Assembly: GCA_963837955.1 (NCBI GenBank)
Contig: CAWIPH010000002.1
Coordinates: forward strand, 3,904,001 to 3,968,000
DNA length: 64,000 nucleotides
Source: an uncultured Verrucomicrobiae bacterium
Lineage (GTDB): Bacteria; Verrucomicrobiota; Verrucomicrobiia; Chthoniobacterales; JAFAMB01
Direction: 5' to 3'
Part shown: positions 20,319-29,773 of the stretch, piece after piece
Numbering within the stretch: the stretch's first letter is position 1
Layout: each line of letters starts with the position of its first letter
The notes under the pieces: model-generated
Database searches by the model: none
What the model was told of the DNA's origin: nothing
Seen by the model: only the letters and a program-made list of their open reading frames with translations
Position numbers and translations under genes: made by a program

Positions 20319-21260
20319 ATGATTAAACTCAGGTCACTGATATGTGTTGCGTTGGCTGCTTGGCTGGCAACTCCAGGGGCTGTGATGGCTCAAAAGCAGC
20401 TGCATATAATAATCGTGACGCATGGCGCGGCGTCCGATTCGTTTTGGGCCCCCGTTAAGAACGGAGCCGATGAGGCAGGCAAACAGACTGGCTGCCTGGT
20501 AGAATACCGAGCCCCGGAAAAGTTCGACATGGTGGCGATGTCACAGCTCATTGACGCCACCGTCGCCGCAAAGCCTGATGGGTTGGTTGTTACTATCCCT
20601 GATGCCGACGCGCTCGGGCCGGCAATTAAGGCGGCTCTCAACGCAAAGATTCCCGTAATCTCGACGAACTCAGGATGGGACGTTTCAAAGAAACTTGGCA
20701 TTATTATGCACGTCGGGCAGGAGGAGTTTATCGCTGGCAAAGGGGCCGGAGAAAGGATGAAGGCGATGGGCGTAAAAAAGGCTGTCGTTGTTAACCATCT
20801 GGTTGGAAATGTTGCTCTGGATCTGCGCGCTAAAGGATTTATTGAAGGGCTCGGTCAAAACGCCGAGGTGCTTGCCACAACGTTGGATTTTACCGAAGCT
20901 CGAAACGCCATTTCCGCGTATCTACAAAGGAGTCCAGACCTTGAAGCTGTGATGACTCTCGGTCCGAACGGCGCGGAGCCCGCTATCCAAGCTCTCGAGT
21001 CGGCCGGCAAACTTGGCAAATTGAAATTCGGGACCTTCGACCTGTCGCCGGTCATCCTCCAGACCGTTGCCAAGGGCCAGATGGATTTTGCCATCGACCA
21101 ACAGCCGTTCCTGCAGGGGTATCTCCCGGTCGCATTCCTAGCGAACTATATCAGGTACGGAATAATACCCTCGCAAGATACCGTGTTCACCGGGCCCAAT
21201 TTCGTCACGCCGGAAACCGCGGCGCGGGCACTGGAACTTAGCAAGCATGGAATTCGCTAG
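20319..21260 (+). CDS. Sugar ABC transporter substrate-binding protein (orphan)
   Basis: Signal peptide, VTHG..SDSFW, PDGLVVTIPD and IDQQPFLQGYLPV. No adjacent permease or ATPase. Confidence 0.88.
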   Translation: MIKLRSLICVALAAWLATPGAVMAQKQLHIIIVTHGAASDSFWAPVKNGADEAGKQTGCLVEYRAPEKFDMVAMSQLIDATVAAKPDGLVVTIPDADALGPAIKAALNAKIPVISTNSGWDVSKKLGIIMHVGQEEFIAGKGAGERMKAMGVKKAVVVNHLVGNVALDLRAKGFIEGLGQNAEVLATTLDFTEARNAISAYLQRSPDLEAVMTLGPNGAEPAIQALESAGKLGKLKFGTFDLSPVILQTVAKGQMDFAIDQQPFLQGYLPVAFLANYIRYGIIPSQDTVFTGPNFVTPETAARALELSKHGIR

Positions 21261-21832
21261 GATTTCATTAACCACGTGCAGGTTACCTTTTGGTCGATGC
21301 GAACCTGCCGAACCGAGCCTCGCTCATTTAACGCCTCCGGTCATTGGCTCGGACACCTGACTCTTTGTAACAGCAAATAGACCGGCACGAACGGTATGAT
21401 AGAGATGAACAAAAAGTAATGCGAAGGAAGTGATTCTGGAGAAAGCGAGCTGAGAGCCGGCTAACATATTATTCTTAGGTTCTCATCTACTCAGCCCTCT
21501 TTTCCCTTCCGATCGTTAGGGCAACGCGAAAACCAGTGCGGATTGACGAGACGTCTCAGCCCGTACGCTGGGAGCTGATGATCAAACGTTCCCTCCCCCG
21601 GAGCCCTGGGACGCTATGTGGCACAGGTTGCAACCAAGGAAAACGACGTCCAGCAATGCCTCCGAAGAGAAACGGAAAAGCGCTCAGAAGCCACCATGCA
21701 ACTCGGTCCGGATCAAGGAGGACAATGGACGCTTCGCCGACTACTTCATCCACCTATTAGTCGGGCTAAATTGCGTGATGCTCTGGTGCGTCAACGATTT
21801 GGATCCAGCGGATTCAGGGCGTAGATTGGGGC

Positions 21833-22192
21833 ATGTTTGAGATGTTACCTGAAAGTTCGGGACGGCTTGTCGCCCTCCGCGTTGCGGGGAAGCTCACGAA
21901 AGAGGACATGGTTTCCGCAGCTCCTCCGCTTGAAGAAAAGATTCGAGAAAACGGCAAAGTGGATTTGCTCTGTGACATGACGGACTTGCACGGTTGGAGT
22001 CTCGGCGGGTTTTGGGCGGAACTGAAATTTGACGCCAAACACGCGAAAGACTTCCGACGAGTGGCGGTCATCACGGGCAAACCAACGCATCGGTTCATGG
22101 CGTCAATGCTAAAACCATTCACGTCAGCGGAAATAAAATGTTTTCAACAAGAGAAAAAAACAGACGCTCTAACCTGGATTTCCCACAACTGA
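21833..22192 (+). CDS. STAS/SEC14 (SpoIIAA-like) domain protein
   Basis: GKLTKED, DLHGWS...WAELKFD.KH..DFRRVAV pattern. Confidence 0.8.
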   Translation: MFEMLPESSGRLVALRVAGKLTKEDMVSAAPPLEEKIRENGKVDLLCDMTDLHGWSLGGFWAELKFDAKHAKDFRRVAVITGKPTHRFMASMLKPFTSAEIKCFQQEKKTDALTWISHN

Positions 22193-22393
22193 TTGCGCCA
22201 ATCGTCGGTGACTCATTCTAGGGTGTAAGTTCGGCCGCCGAACACGCGTGCTCTTTGAACGGTGACATGAAACCCGAGCGGATCGAATTTTGGATAGGGG
22301 CGGGGGGGCGCGAACCTGGATGGTTTTGGTTCTTGGTCACACGTTGAAAGCAATTCGGATCCTTGCGGGAAGGCGAGTGATCAGACCTGCAGT

Positions 22394-22623
22394 ATGAGTA
22401 AGCCCGTTGTCGAAGTGCAGGTCCCCGGCGTGGCTGCGACGAGTGCGGCTGTGTCGTTTTTCTTGGCAGCGAGGACAAGGTTATCGTGATTTACATTGAG
22501 TAGAACGTTGGGGCGGCGATCGTGATGTTCAAGCAAGGCATGCAAAAGGAGCGACCGCTCACCTATGATGTGCTCGCGAACATCTTGCGAGCCCTCGGAG
22601 CGAAGATCGAAAGGGTAATCGTC
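22394..22623 (+). pseudogene. Truncated DUF151 bifunctional nuclease pseudogene
   Basis: MSKPVVEVQV...(frameshift)...VFLGSEDKVIVIYIE*NVGAAIVMF...ERPLTYDVLANIL...IERVIV. One frameshift, one TAG at 22501, 3' part missing. Confidence 0.7.
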
Positions 22624-22714
22624 AGAGCACATCGGTTTGCACAAGCGTCAGCGACGACGACTCGCCTATCGGTTTCAAATCCGCTTTTATCAACTTATCG
22701 CGCTCAGCGACAGC

Positions 22715-24094
22715 TTACTTCGGTAACTCCTTCAGGAGTTTCTTCAGCTGCTTCACATCGGTCGTGAACTGTTCCGGATCTTGTTCCGCAAAGGCTTCGT
22801 AAATCTTTAGCGCTTCCTCGTATTCCTTCCGCGCCTCTGCCATCCTGTTTTGGTCGCGATCCAGAATCCCCAGGTTATTGAGCGTCATCGCTACGTCAGG
22901 CAGATAGGTCTCCGGGTTTTTCTGCGCAAGCTCTCGGTAGGTCTTCAGCGCCTCCTCATATTCGTTCCGGGCTTCCTTCATCCGGTTCTGAGCGCTATCC
23001 AGAATCCCCAGATTGTTGAGTGTCAGCGCTACTTCAGGCAGAAACGTCTGCGGATCTTTTTGGGCCAGCTCTCGGTAGGTCTTCAACGCTTCCTCTATCC
23101 GGTTTTGGTCACGATCAAGCATCCCGACGTTGTTGAGTGTCGCCGCCACGTAAGGCAGATAGGTCTCTGGGTCCTTCTGCGCCAGCTCTCGGAAGGTTTT
23201 CAGCGCCTCCTCATGTTTCTGGTGGGCTTCTTTCATCCGGTTCTGGGCGCTATCCAGAATCCCCAGGTTGTTGAGCATTGTCGCTACGTACGGCAGATAA
23301 GTCTCCGGGTCCTTCTGCGCCAGCTCACGGTAAATCTTAAGCGCCTCCTCATATTTCTTCCGGCCCTCCTTCATCCGGTTCTGGGCGCTATCCAGAATCC
23401 CCAAGTTGTTGAGCATTGTCGCTACGTACGGCAGATAGGTCTCCGGGTTCTTCCGCGCCAGCTCACGGTAAATCTTGAGCGCCTCCTCCATCCGATTCTT
23501 GTCGCGATCCAGAATCCCTAGGTTGTTGAGCGTGATCGCCACGTACGGCAGATAGGTCGCCGGATCTTTCTGCGCCAGCTCTCGGTAGGTCTTAAGCGCC
23601 TCCTCCATCCGATTCTTGTCGCGATCCAGATTCCCCAGGTTGTTGAGCGCCGCCGCGACGTTAGCCAGATAAGCCTCCGGATCTTTCCGCGCCAGCGTGC
23701 GGTAGATCTTCAGCGATTCCTCATATTCCTGCCGAGCCTCCTCCATCCGATTCTGATCGCTATCTAGAATGCCAAGGTCGTTCAGCATCGCGGCGACGTA
23801 AGGCAAATATGTCTCCGGGTCTTTCCGTGCCAATTCACGGTAGGTTTTCAGTATCTCCTCATATTCCTTCCGCGCCTCTGCCATCCTGTTCTGGTCGCGA
23901 TGTGGAATCCCAAGGTTGTTACGCTGGTCTGCTGGCTCGGCATTTCTTCCACCTTTCCAGTCTAAGCAGATCTGCTGCCCCGGTTCTGTGTGACCGGTCG
24001 CGATCTGCAACGCACCAGACCGAGCGGGAACCAACAACCAGGCGACCAAGACCGCTAGCACACGCCAACGCCGCGCATGTGGCAAGAACGCCAT
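22715..24094 (-). CDS. Tetratricopeptide repeat protein (N-terminus uncertain)
   Basis: About eight near-identical 46/39-aa repeats YRELA.KDP.TYLPYVA..LNNLGILD..QNRM.EA. Confidence 0.85.
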   Translation of the reverse strand: MAFLPHARRWRVLAVLVAWLLVPARSGALQIATGHTEPGQQICLDWKGGRNAEPADQRNNLGIPHRDQNRMAEARKEYEEILKTYRELARKDPETYLPYVAAMLNDLGILDSDQNRMEEARQEYEESLKIYRTLARKDPEAYLANVAAALNNLGNLDRDKNRMEEALKTYRELAQKDPATYLPYVAITLNNLGILDRDKNRMEEALKIYRELARKNPETYLPYVATMLNNLGILDSAQNRMKEGRKKYEEALKIYRELAQKDPETYLPYVATMLNNLGILDSAQNRMKEAHQKHEEALKTFRELAQKDPETYLPYVAATLNNVGMLDRDQNRIEEALKTYRELAQKDPQTFLPEVALTLNNLGILDSAQNRMKEARNEYEEALKTYRELAQKNPETYLPDVAMTLNNLGILDRDQNRMAEARKEYEEALKIYEAFAEQDPEQFTTDVKQLKKLLKELPK

Positions 24095-24111
24095 AGACTA
24101 AGCTAAGCCCA

Positions 24112-24735
24112 ATGTCCCACGCGGCTGATGAAATTAAAATGACCGATTCCCCCCGGACGGACACAATCGTTACTTCAGTCGCCACTTCGGCGGTCGATCC
24201 TTCGGCAATTTTGACCTTCATCGTCAAGGGTCAGCCCGACATATCGCTTAAATGCCACGACCCTGTCTATCCCCGCTTTTGGTCGTATAATGTTCTCATG
24301 AGCTTTCCGTCGCCCCTCTCCCTCCATCATTACTTCGTCGTCGCAGCTCGGATGCGCCATCATTTCGAGTCGAATCTGGTTGCTGTCGAGGAGCCCAGCG
24401 TTGGCGCGTTACAAGATCCGGATCTCGCCGCCTTCGAACTTTTCTCCGGCCCACGCGGCAACTTCATGTACTATTGGTACGCGAGCCTGTACGTCGTTGT
24501 TCGAGGCTTCCGGAATCTGAGGTTGATTGATCCCAGGATCAACGCACTGCTGGCGTCACCGAATGTCAAGGCGCTCCGTCGATGTTGGAATGGCGTCTTT
24601 CACTATCAGCCCGACTACTTTTCCGCGACGTCGCTCGAACCCATTCAATCTCCCAACTTCATCGGATGGGTGCGCGAGTTGATGGAAGCTTTTTGCGCCT
24701 ACTTCGCTCGAGAAATCAAGCCGGTTGAATCGTGA
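24112..24735 (+). CDS. Hypothetical protein (start may be downstream)
   Basis: 207-aa ORF. C-terminal YWYASLYVV...LRR..NGVFHYQ region looks coding, with a possible HEPN-like Rx4-6H pattern. Confidence 0.5.
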   Translation: MSHAADEIKMTDSPRTDTIVTSVATSAVDPSAILTFIVKGQPDISLKCHDPVYPRFWSYNVLMSFPSPLSLHHYFVVAARMRHHFESNLVAVEEPSVGALQDPDLAAFELFSGPRGNFMYYWYASLYVVVRGFRNLRLIDPRINALLASPNVKALRRCWNGVFHYQPDYFSATSLEPIQSPNFIGWVRELMEAFCAYFAREIKPVES

Positions 24736-25135
24736 GGCGTTTCGGTTCGGTCGCGCCCGCGCCCTTGTGACCGAGTATCCAACTGGATTTGACTCACACG
24801 ATCAAAGTAAACTTCGCTGCAGGATTCCATAGCCGCCAAGATCTGTGAACACTACCAACCAGCTTGGCCAAATTCGGCCCGCAAGATAGCCGTTAGCTAT
24901 AGCCTCCCCGGCAAAATGTCTCGTCATTAAGCGGTGCCCTTCTCCTAAACGGCTCCTTCGCCTTTTCCGTGGCAAGCAACGGCTTCACGATCCAGCTTGC
25001 GTGAAAAAGACCACGCCAGCTTCACGGGTGTCACCGGACAGATCGCGTGGCACCTGCAACACTTTCTGTGACCTATTGTCGCCTACGGTCGCGTAACGCC
25101 GACTTCGAACAGTCGATCTTCGCTTCTAAGCGGCG

Positions 25136-25426
25136 TCATGAAGTCGATGCTAGCCAGTATCCGCTACACGACAAGATGTGAGTGTCAGACCAGGTTCTGA
25201 TTTCCGCGTCGAAGCCCCGAAGGTCAACGTTCTTCGCCTCGACGGCCACCCGGACAGGGTCAAAAGTACTTTCCAGCTCAGTAATGCCTAGAAAGACCGC
25301 CGGAGCCTCTGGAAGATCCTCTCCGAAGTCAATATGTTGCGTGAACACTCGATCACCTATTCCCTCGTTCAATCCCCAATTGGCGTCAGGTACGCCAGAA
25401 CCAAACTTTCCGTTTTTGATATTCAT
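25136..25426 (-). CDS. H-type lectin domain protein
   Basis: I.F....P.VFLGI..L......RV.V.A.NV...GF...I.TWSDT.I....W.A pattern. GGAG RBS. Confidence 0.75.
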   Translation of the reverse strand: MNIKNGKFGSGVPDANWGLNEGIGDRVFTQHIDFGEDLPEAPAVFLGITELESTFDPVRVAVEAKNVDLRGFDAEIRTWSDTHILSCSGYWLASTS

Positions 25427-25464
25427 ATCAGCTCCTTCCAGCGAAGGGATGCTTAATTTTCTTG

Positions 25465-26041
25465 TCAGAATTTCGAACGCCTTACATGCAATTCAAGCGA
25501 AATACACTGCAGCTTTTTTCGGCACGACATTAGCGGGAATGTTCCGCTGAAAGACCTCGCCTCCCCACCACTCTTCTCTTCGTTCGTGGACCTGGCGATG
25601 TCCACCATCCACACTTTTAAAAGAGGTTCGTCGTTTTTCACTGCATAACCAGCAACGTAAAAAAAAGTTGCAAGATTCGATTCGATATTTCTGAAGAAGG
25701 TTAATAATAATTCAGCCGCTTTTTCGGGGTAACATTTGATCATTTAGTGTCGCAATGAACGACTCAATAAATCCGGAGAACGGGACGGCTCCGATTCCCG
25801 CAGCACCGTACGTAGAAATACCGATGCGCCTACAGGCTATATAAATCTTTTGCTGAGCATCCGATTGCGGAACGCTAACCATACTCGGTTTCGGAACTTC
25901 GGTGGTTGCAGAATCAGTTGTGGTCGTAGCTGGCGGCGGAGTCGAAACCTAAGCGTTAGGATCTGGGAATGTTAATGTGCGTCTGCTGTCGGCACCCATT
26001 ACTATTCCCTCGCGAGTAGTAATCGTAACTACGATTGACAT
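25465..26041 (-). pseudogene. Proteasome-beta-like Ntn hydrolase pseudogene
   Basis: Hand translation from ATG 26041: MSIVVTITTREGIVMGADSRRT...*...SDAQQKIY...IGISTYGAA. TAG at 25951-25949 and a frameshift near 25720 lead into the ..FYVAGY.. frame. Confidence 0.65.
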
Positions 26042-26359
26042 AGGCCTGATCTTTTTAGTGATTTCGTTAACTCAAGCGTAGCGTATCGCTATACGTCAAA
26101 CTACGTGCTCGCTCCTACGCCCGAGTGCGTTACGCTTGCGAATGGAGTTTACAGCTTACGGGGTTATTAAGATTGATCCCGACGACGGACGGCGCGAAGT
26201 AATCGGGTTATCAGCTTCGCCGACTCATACGCAAGCGTAACGTATCGCGTCCACCCCATCGAGTTCGAGCTCGGCGAATATTACGGTTACTTCGATCGTT
26301 TTTTTCGATCGATCCACGCGACGAGTTAGTGAAGAAAGCGAAAGCAGTAAGCAATTAGG

Positions 26360-26614
26360 TTAGTAATGATAACGACAAGATAAAAACGTAATTGTCTCCG
26401 CGGCGACTTGATAAACGACTCGATGCTCGCGATTAATACGTCGACTCCAACAACCGCTCAGATTATGCCGCAACGGCTCTGGTTTCCCGATCCCGCCAAA
26501 GGGATCAGCGCCAATCGCGCCGAAGAGTTCGTCAATTTTTTTCGTTATCCGAGGGTTGGATTCCGACCAATACCGATAGTCCTTTCGGTAACGCGTCGAG
26601 ATAACGATCTTCAC
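26360..26614 (-). CDS. yoeB: Txe/YoeB family toxin
   Basis: PFGGIGKPEPLRHNLSGCWSRRINREHRVVY...CRYHY. Confidence 0.95.
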   Translation of the reverse strand: MKIVISTRYRKDYRYWSESNPRITKKIDELFGAIGADPFGGIGKPEPLRHNLSGCWSRRINREHRVVYQVAAETITFLSCRYHY

Positions 26615-27136
26615 TTAGGAGCGTCGTAGACTCTTCTTCGCTTCTTCGACGCTTTCGAAGACGGGAAGCTTACCGCTCCGCGTTTCGTCGAGCGCTTCTT
26701 TTAGTCGCTTCGCGTTTGCTGGTGAGGCGAGTAAGTGCGCCGTCTCAGCGTACGCTCGATACTCTTGATCGGCGTCGTGAGCAAGGCGCCGAAGAATAAC
26801 AATGTAATGCGCCTCCAGATCATTGATTTCAGAAATGACGCGTAGCTCTTCAGAACCGGTGAGCGGTTTTCGGATCTGCACGCGTCGAAGCAAGAGCACG
26901 AAATTTCCACGGGCCTCTTTCCAGAGTTCGGCGGCAGTTTTGGCCGACTCGGATCGACGCGCCAGGATATCCGTCAACTTATATAGCGTGAGCGCTTGAG
27001 CGGTTGCATCCAGAACGCGGATTCGAAGGTCCTGCGCGCTTTCGGCAACGTCGGCTTTGAGCTTATTAAGCGCCTCCTGAGCAGCCGCAAGAATCTGTTT
27101 GCCGAGGTCTTTTATCTCATCGAGTGCTGTCATCAT
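26615..27136 (-). CDS. Atypical antitoxin with YefM-like C-terminus
   Basis: C-terminal ETAHLLASPANAKRLKEAL matches the YefM toxin-binding segment. Directly abuts yoeB. Confidence 0.75.
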   Translation of the reverse strand: MMTALDEIKDLGKQILAAAQEALNKLKADVAESAQDLRIRVLDATAQALTLYKLTDILARRSESAKTAAELWKEARGNFVLLLRRVQIRKPLTGSEELRVISEINDLEAHYIVILRRLAHDADQEYRAYAETAHLLASPANAKRLKEALDETRSGKLPVFESVEEAKKSLRRS

Positions 27137-27204
27137 CCTGTTTCTTACGCAAGCGTAACGTACGAACATTCGCGAGTAAAAGCGAAATGCGCTAGCGTTG
27201 CGGT

Positions 27205-27375
27205 ATGCCGACCGAGCTTGTCTACATCCCGCTCGACAACGAGAGACTCACAGCGCTAGCGCGGCTAAGCGAAGCGACCGGACGCAGCGTCGAAGAGCTC
27301 GTCCAAGAGGCGGTCAGCGAGTTTCTTGCGCGAGAAGTGCGAGCGCTGAAAATCGGTAAGATTTCCGATTTTTAA
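27205..27375 (+). CDS. Ribbon-helix-helix (CopG-like) protein, 56 aa, below ORF-track cutoff
   Basis: MPTELVYIPLDNERLTALARLSEATGRSVEELVQEAVSEFLAREVRALKIGKISDF. Partial duplicate at about 27410-27467. Confidence 0.7.
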   Translation: MPTELVYIPLDNERLTALARLSEATGRSVEELVQEAVSEFLAREVRALKIGKISDF

Positions 27376-27600
27376 CTTTACTATAACTTTACCAAAATTC
27401 CCGCACCTTCGAAGAGCTCGTTCAAGATGCGATCGCAGAGTTTTTGCGCGAGAAGCGCGAGCTATAGAAAGTCGTCAAAAGTCGTCAAAAAAAGTTCGTT
27501 TTAGCGCTATTTCTCGCATCTTCCTGCGAGAATCGTAACATTCGAGAATGTGTTACTCCGCTAGCGTAAGTTGCTCGTAACGAGCGCGAAAGCGCTTAAA

Positions 27601-27635
27601 TAGAGCGGTGAGGCAGGGATTCGAACCCTGGGTAC
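27601..27635 (-). mobile_element. att site: 35-bp direct repeat of the tRNA-Ser 3' end
   Basis: TAGAGCGGTGAGGCAGGGATTCGAACCCTGGGTAC is identical to 48487-48521. Confidence 0.95.
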
Positions 27636-27761
27636 GCCAAAAGCCTTCCGCCAACTTCCATATATGTCGTAAAGTACGCGTATTGCGTACTTTACGTAAT
27701 CCATGGAAATGCATGGACATCCACGGATGTTACCAGTACTGTTACCAGGTAATCCACTATC

Positions 27762-28904
27762 ATGGCCAGTCTAACCAAGAAAAAAGGCAGTAAATTCTGG
27801 TTCGCTTGCTTCCGTGATGTCAATGGCCGGCAACGCCGGAAATCGACTAGGACCGCCACTCGCCAGAAAGCCGTCCTGATCGCTCGCCAATACGAAGGAG
27901 TCGGACAAAAGAAGCTACCACCTCGCACCGTCCGGGAAACGCTAGCCGAACTTTATCGCGAGATTTACGGCGAGGAGCTGAAGGCGGCGACCGCGCGCCA
28001 ATTCATCGCGAGCTGGCTAAAGACCAAAGAACCGGAGACGGCTGCCGCGACGTTGGCCTCCTATCGTAAGAGCACAGCCAAGTTTCTCGAGTATCTCGGC
28101 CCCATTGCCGATCTTGATTTAGCTGCTATCACGCAGCGCCTCGTCGTCGAGTTCCGTAATTCGCTACTCGCAAAAAACGCACCGGCGACCGTCAACGCCG
28201 ATCTGAAAGCCGTTAAGATGGTTTGCCGCGCCGCCAAGCGAGATGGTTACATTCTCGAGGATCCGAGCGCGTTTGTTGATAGCGTTCGTGACCGCGACCG
28301 CGAATCCAAACGCCCTTTTACGATTCCTGAAATTCAACGGGTCCTGGAAGCATCCGATCCCGAATGGACAGCCTTGATATTATGGGGGCTCTACAGCGGG
28401 CAGCGCCTGGCGGATCTGGCTGTTTTGACCTGGGACAACGTCGACCTTGACCGCGGTGAAATTCGACTTCGCACGCGCAAGACCAATAAGCAGTTAATTT
28501 TGCCGATCGCGGCGCCGCTTCGAATTCATCTGGAAAAATGGCCGTGCTCCGATGTTCCAGGCGAACCACTTCATCCGCGGGCCTTTGATACCGTGAAGCG
28601 TCAGGAAAGAGTGGGTAATCTTTCTAATCAGTTTGCTGACCTGCTCGCTGCGGCCGGCCTAAGAGAAAAGAAGAAGCATCTTAAAACCAAAGAGGGAAGA
28701 GATGCGAAACGCCAGGTTGAACCACTCTCGTTCCATTCCTTGCGCCGAACTGCGACGAGCCTTCTGCATGAAGCAGGAATCCCTGCCGCGGTAGCGCAGG
28801 CCCTCATTGGTCACGACAGCGAGGCGACTCACCAGCACTACATCACGGTAGGGCGCGAGGCCCTCGAGAAGGCGGCGGCGGCGTTTCCTGAGCTCCTAAA
28901 GTGA
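27762..28904 (+). CDS. Tyrosine integrase
   Basis: Catalytic R (SGQRLAD), K (RKT), HxxR (FHSLRR), IGH and Y (HQHY). Starts 126 bp from the att site. Confidence 0.95.
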   Translation: MASLTKKKGSKFWFACFRDVNGRQRRKSTRTATRQKAVLIARQYEGVGQKKLPPRTVRETLAELYREIYGEELKAATARQFIASWLKTKEPETAAATLASYRKSTAKFLEYLGPIADLDLAAITQRLVVEFRNSLLAKNAPATVNADLKAVKMVCRAAKRDGYILEDPSAFVDSVRDRDRESKRPFTIPEIQRVLEASDPEWTALILWGLYSGQRLADLAVLTWDNVDLDRGEIRLRTRKTNKQLILPIAAPLRIHLEKWPCSDVPGEPLHPRAFDTVKRQERVGNLSNQFADLLAAAGLREKKKHLKTKEGRDAKRQVEPLSFHSLRRTATSLLHEAGIPAAVAQALIGHDSEATHQHYITVGREALEKAAAAFPELLK

Positions 28905-29476
28905 AACGTTCAACCGAGCAAAGGATCCCTTACGTAGACCGATCCGGGCCGGAACCCGTTATGGTTTTTCCGGAAGGGACTTATCCGCCGGCGCCCAGAG
29001 GGTACTATGAGGCCAAGCTCAAATACTTGTATCCACAAGATGATACTGAAACCGACCTAGCGCAGCGAATCTGGCGCTGGCAGCAGGTCGCACGGGGCGA
29101 GTACCCAGAAGAGCCGTCTGATGAAGTTGCAAAGAAATATTTCGGCTGCACAAATAAAGAATTTTGGGATCGGCGCGTATCGGAACTGAGGGCGAGAGTT
29201 GTACGGGCTTTCGATGAAAATGACTCTGCATTCTTCGGACGTCTTGAGAAGGCATTCAAGCGCGCTAAAAACCCGGTTATGAATTTGGAAGGACACGGAA
29301 TGGCGTGCCTAGCGTTCCAGAAACTTAACCATTGTGCCGGCGACTACTATATCTGGCCGACCAAGAAAGAAGTTCGCAGGCTAGTTGAATCGTGGCGAGG
29401 TCATCCCCCCCTCTCTGACAAACAGTGGGGGCGGATTTGGCGCGAGACCGGGCTTAAGGCTCTGCCTCGAGACTAG
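28901..29476 (+). CDS. Hypothetical protein
   Basis: GTG start overlaps the integrase stop. 191 aa. Confidence 0.6.
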   Translation: MKRSTEQRIPYVDRSGPEPVMVFPEGTYPPAPRGYYEAKLKYLYPQDDTETDLAQRIWRWQQVARGEYPEEPSDEVAKKYFGCTNKEFWDRRVSELRARVVRAFDENDSAFFGRLEKAFKRAKNPVMNLEGHGMACLAFQKLNHCAGDYYIWPTKKEVRRLVESWRGHPPLSDKQWGRIWRETGLKALPRD

Positions 29477-29501
29477 CTTCCGCGCGCCCAAATTAGGCAC
29501 G

Positions 29502-29765
29502 ATGCCTAATTTGGCTGACGCCTACGCGCTCTTGGCCAGAAGGGGCATTAAGCACGGCCAGTGGCTTCGCTGGATTGAGGAGCATCTCGAATTCGATCGG
29601 AAAACAGCGTGGCGATACATGCAAGTTTTTTGTCACAAGGACAAATGGGGCAGCGTGCCCCATTTGAATGCTGCCTACGCGTTGCTGGCCCGCAAGAGTG
29701 AGGCCGAGGTGGACATTTGGCAACGCCGCCAGATGTCCCTTTCGCCTGTCGGAAGCCGCTTCTAA
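29502..29765 (+). CDS. DUF3102-like small protein
   Basis: KHGQWLRWIEEHLEFDRKTAWRYMQ resembles the DUF3102 core. May be truncated. Confidence 0.55.
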   Translation: MPNLADAYALLARRGIKHGQWLRWIEEHLEFDRKTAWRYMQVFCHKDKWGSVPHLNAAYALLARKSEAEVDIWQRRQMSLSPVGSRF

Positions 29766-29773
29766 CATCGCGG

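Larger units (their letters stand above)
19481..27635. mobile_element. Island B: decayed integrative element with no recognisable integrase
   Basis: Bounded by tRNA 3'-end copies. Contains pseudogenes, a TA module and accessory genes. Confidence 0.75.

Noticed and set aside
22715..24094. Diversity-generating retroelement target
   Set aside because: No reverse transcriptase. The repeats are in-frame TPR units without an evident adenine-specific TR/VR pattern.
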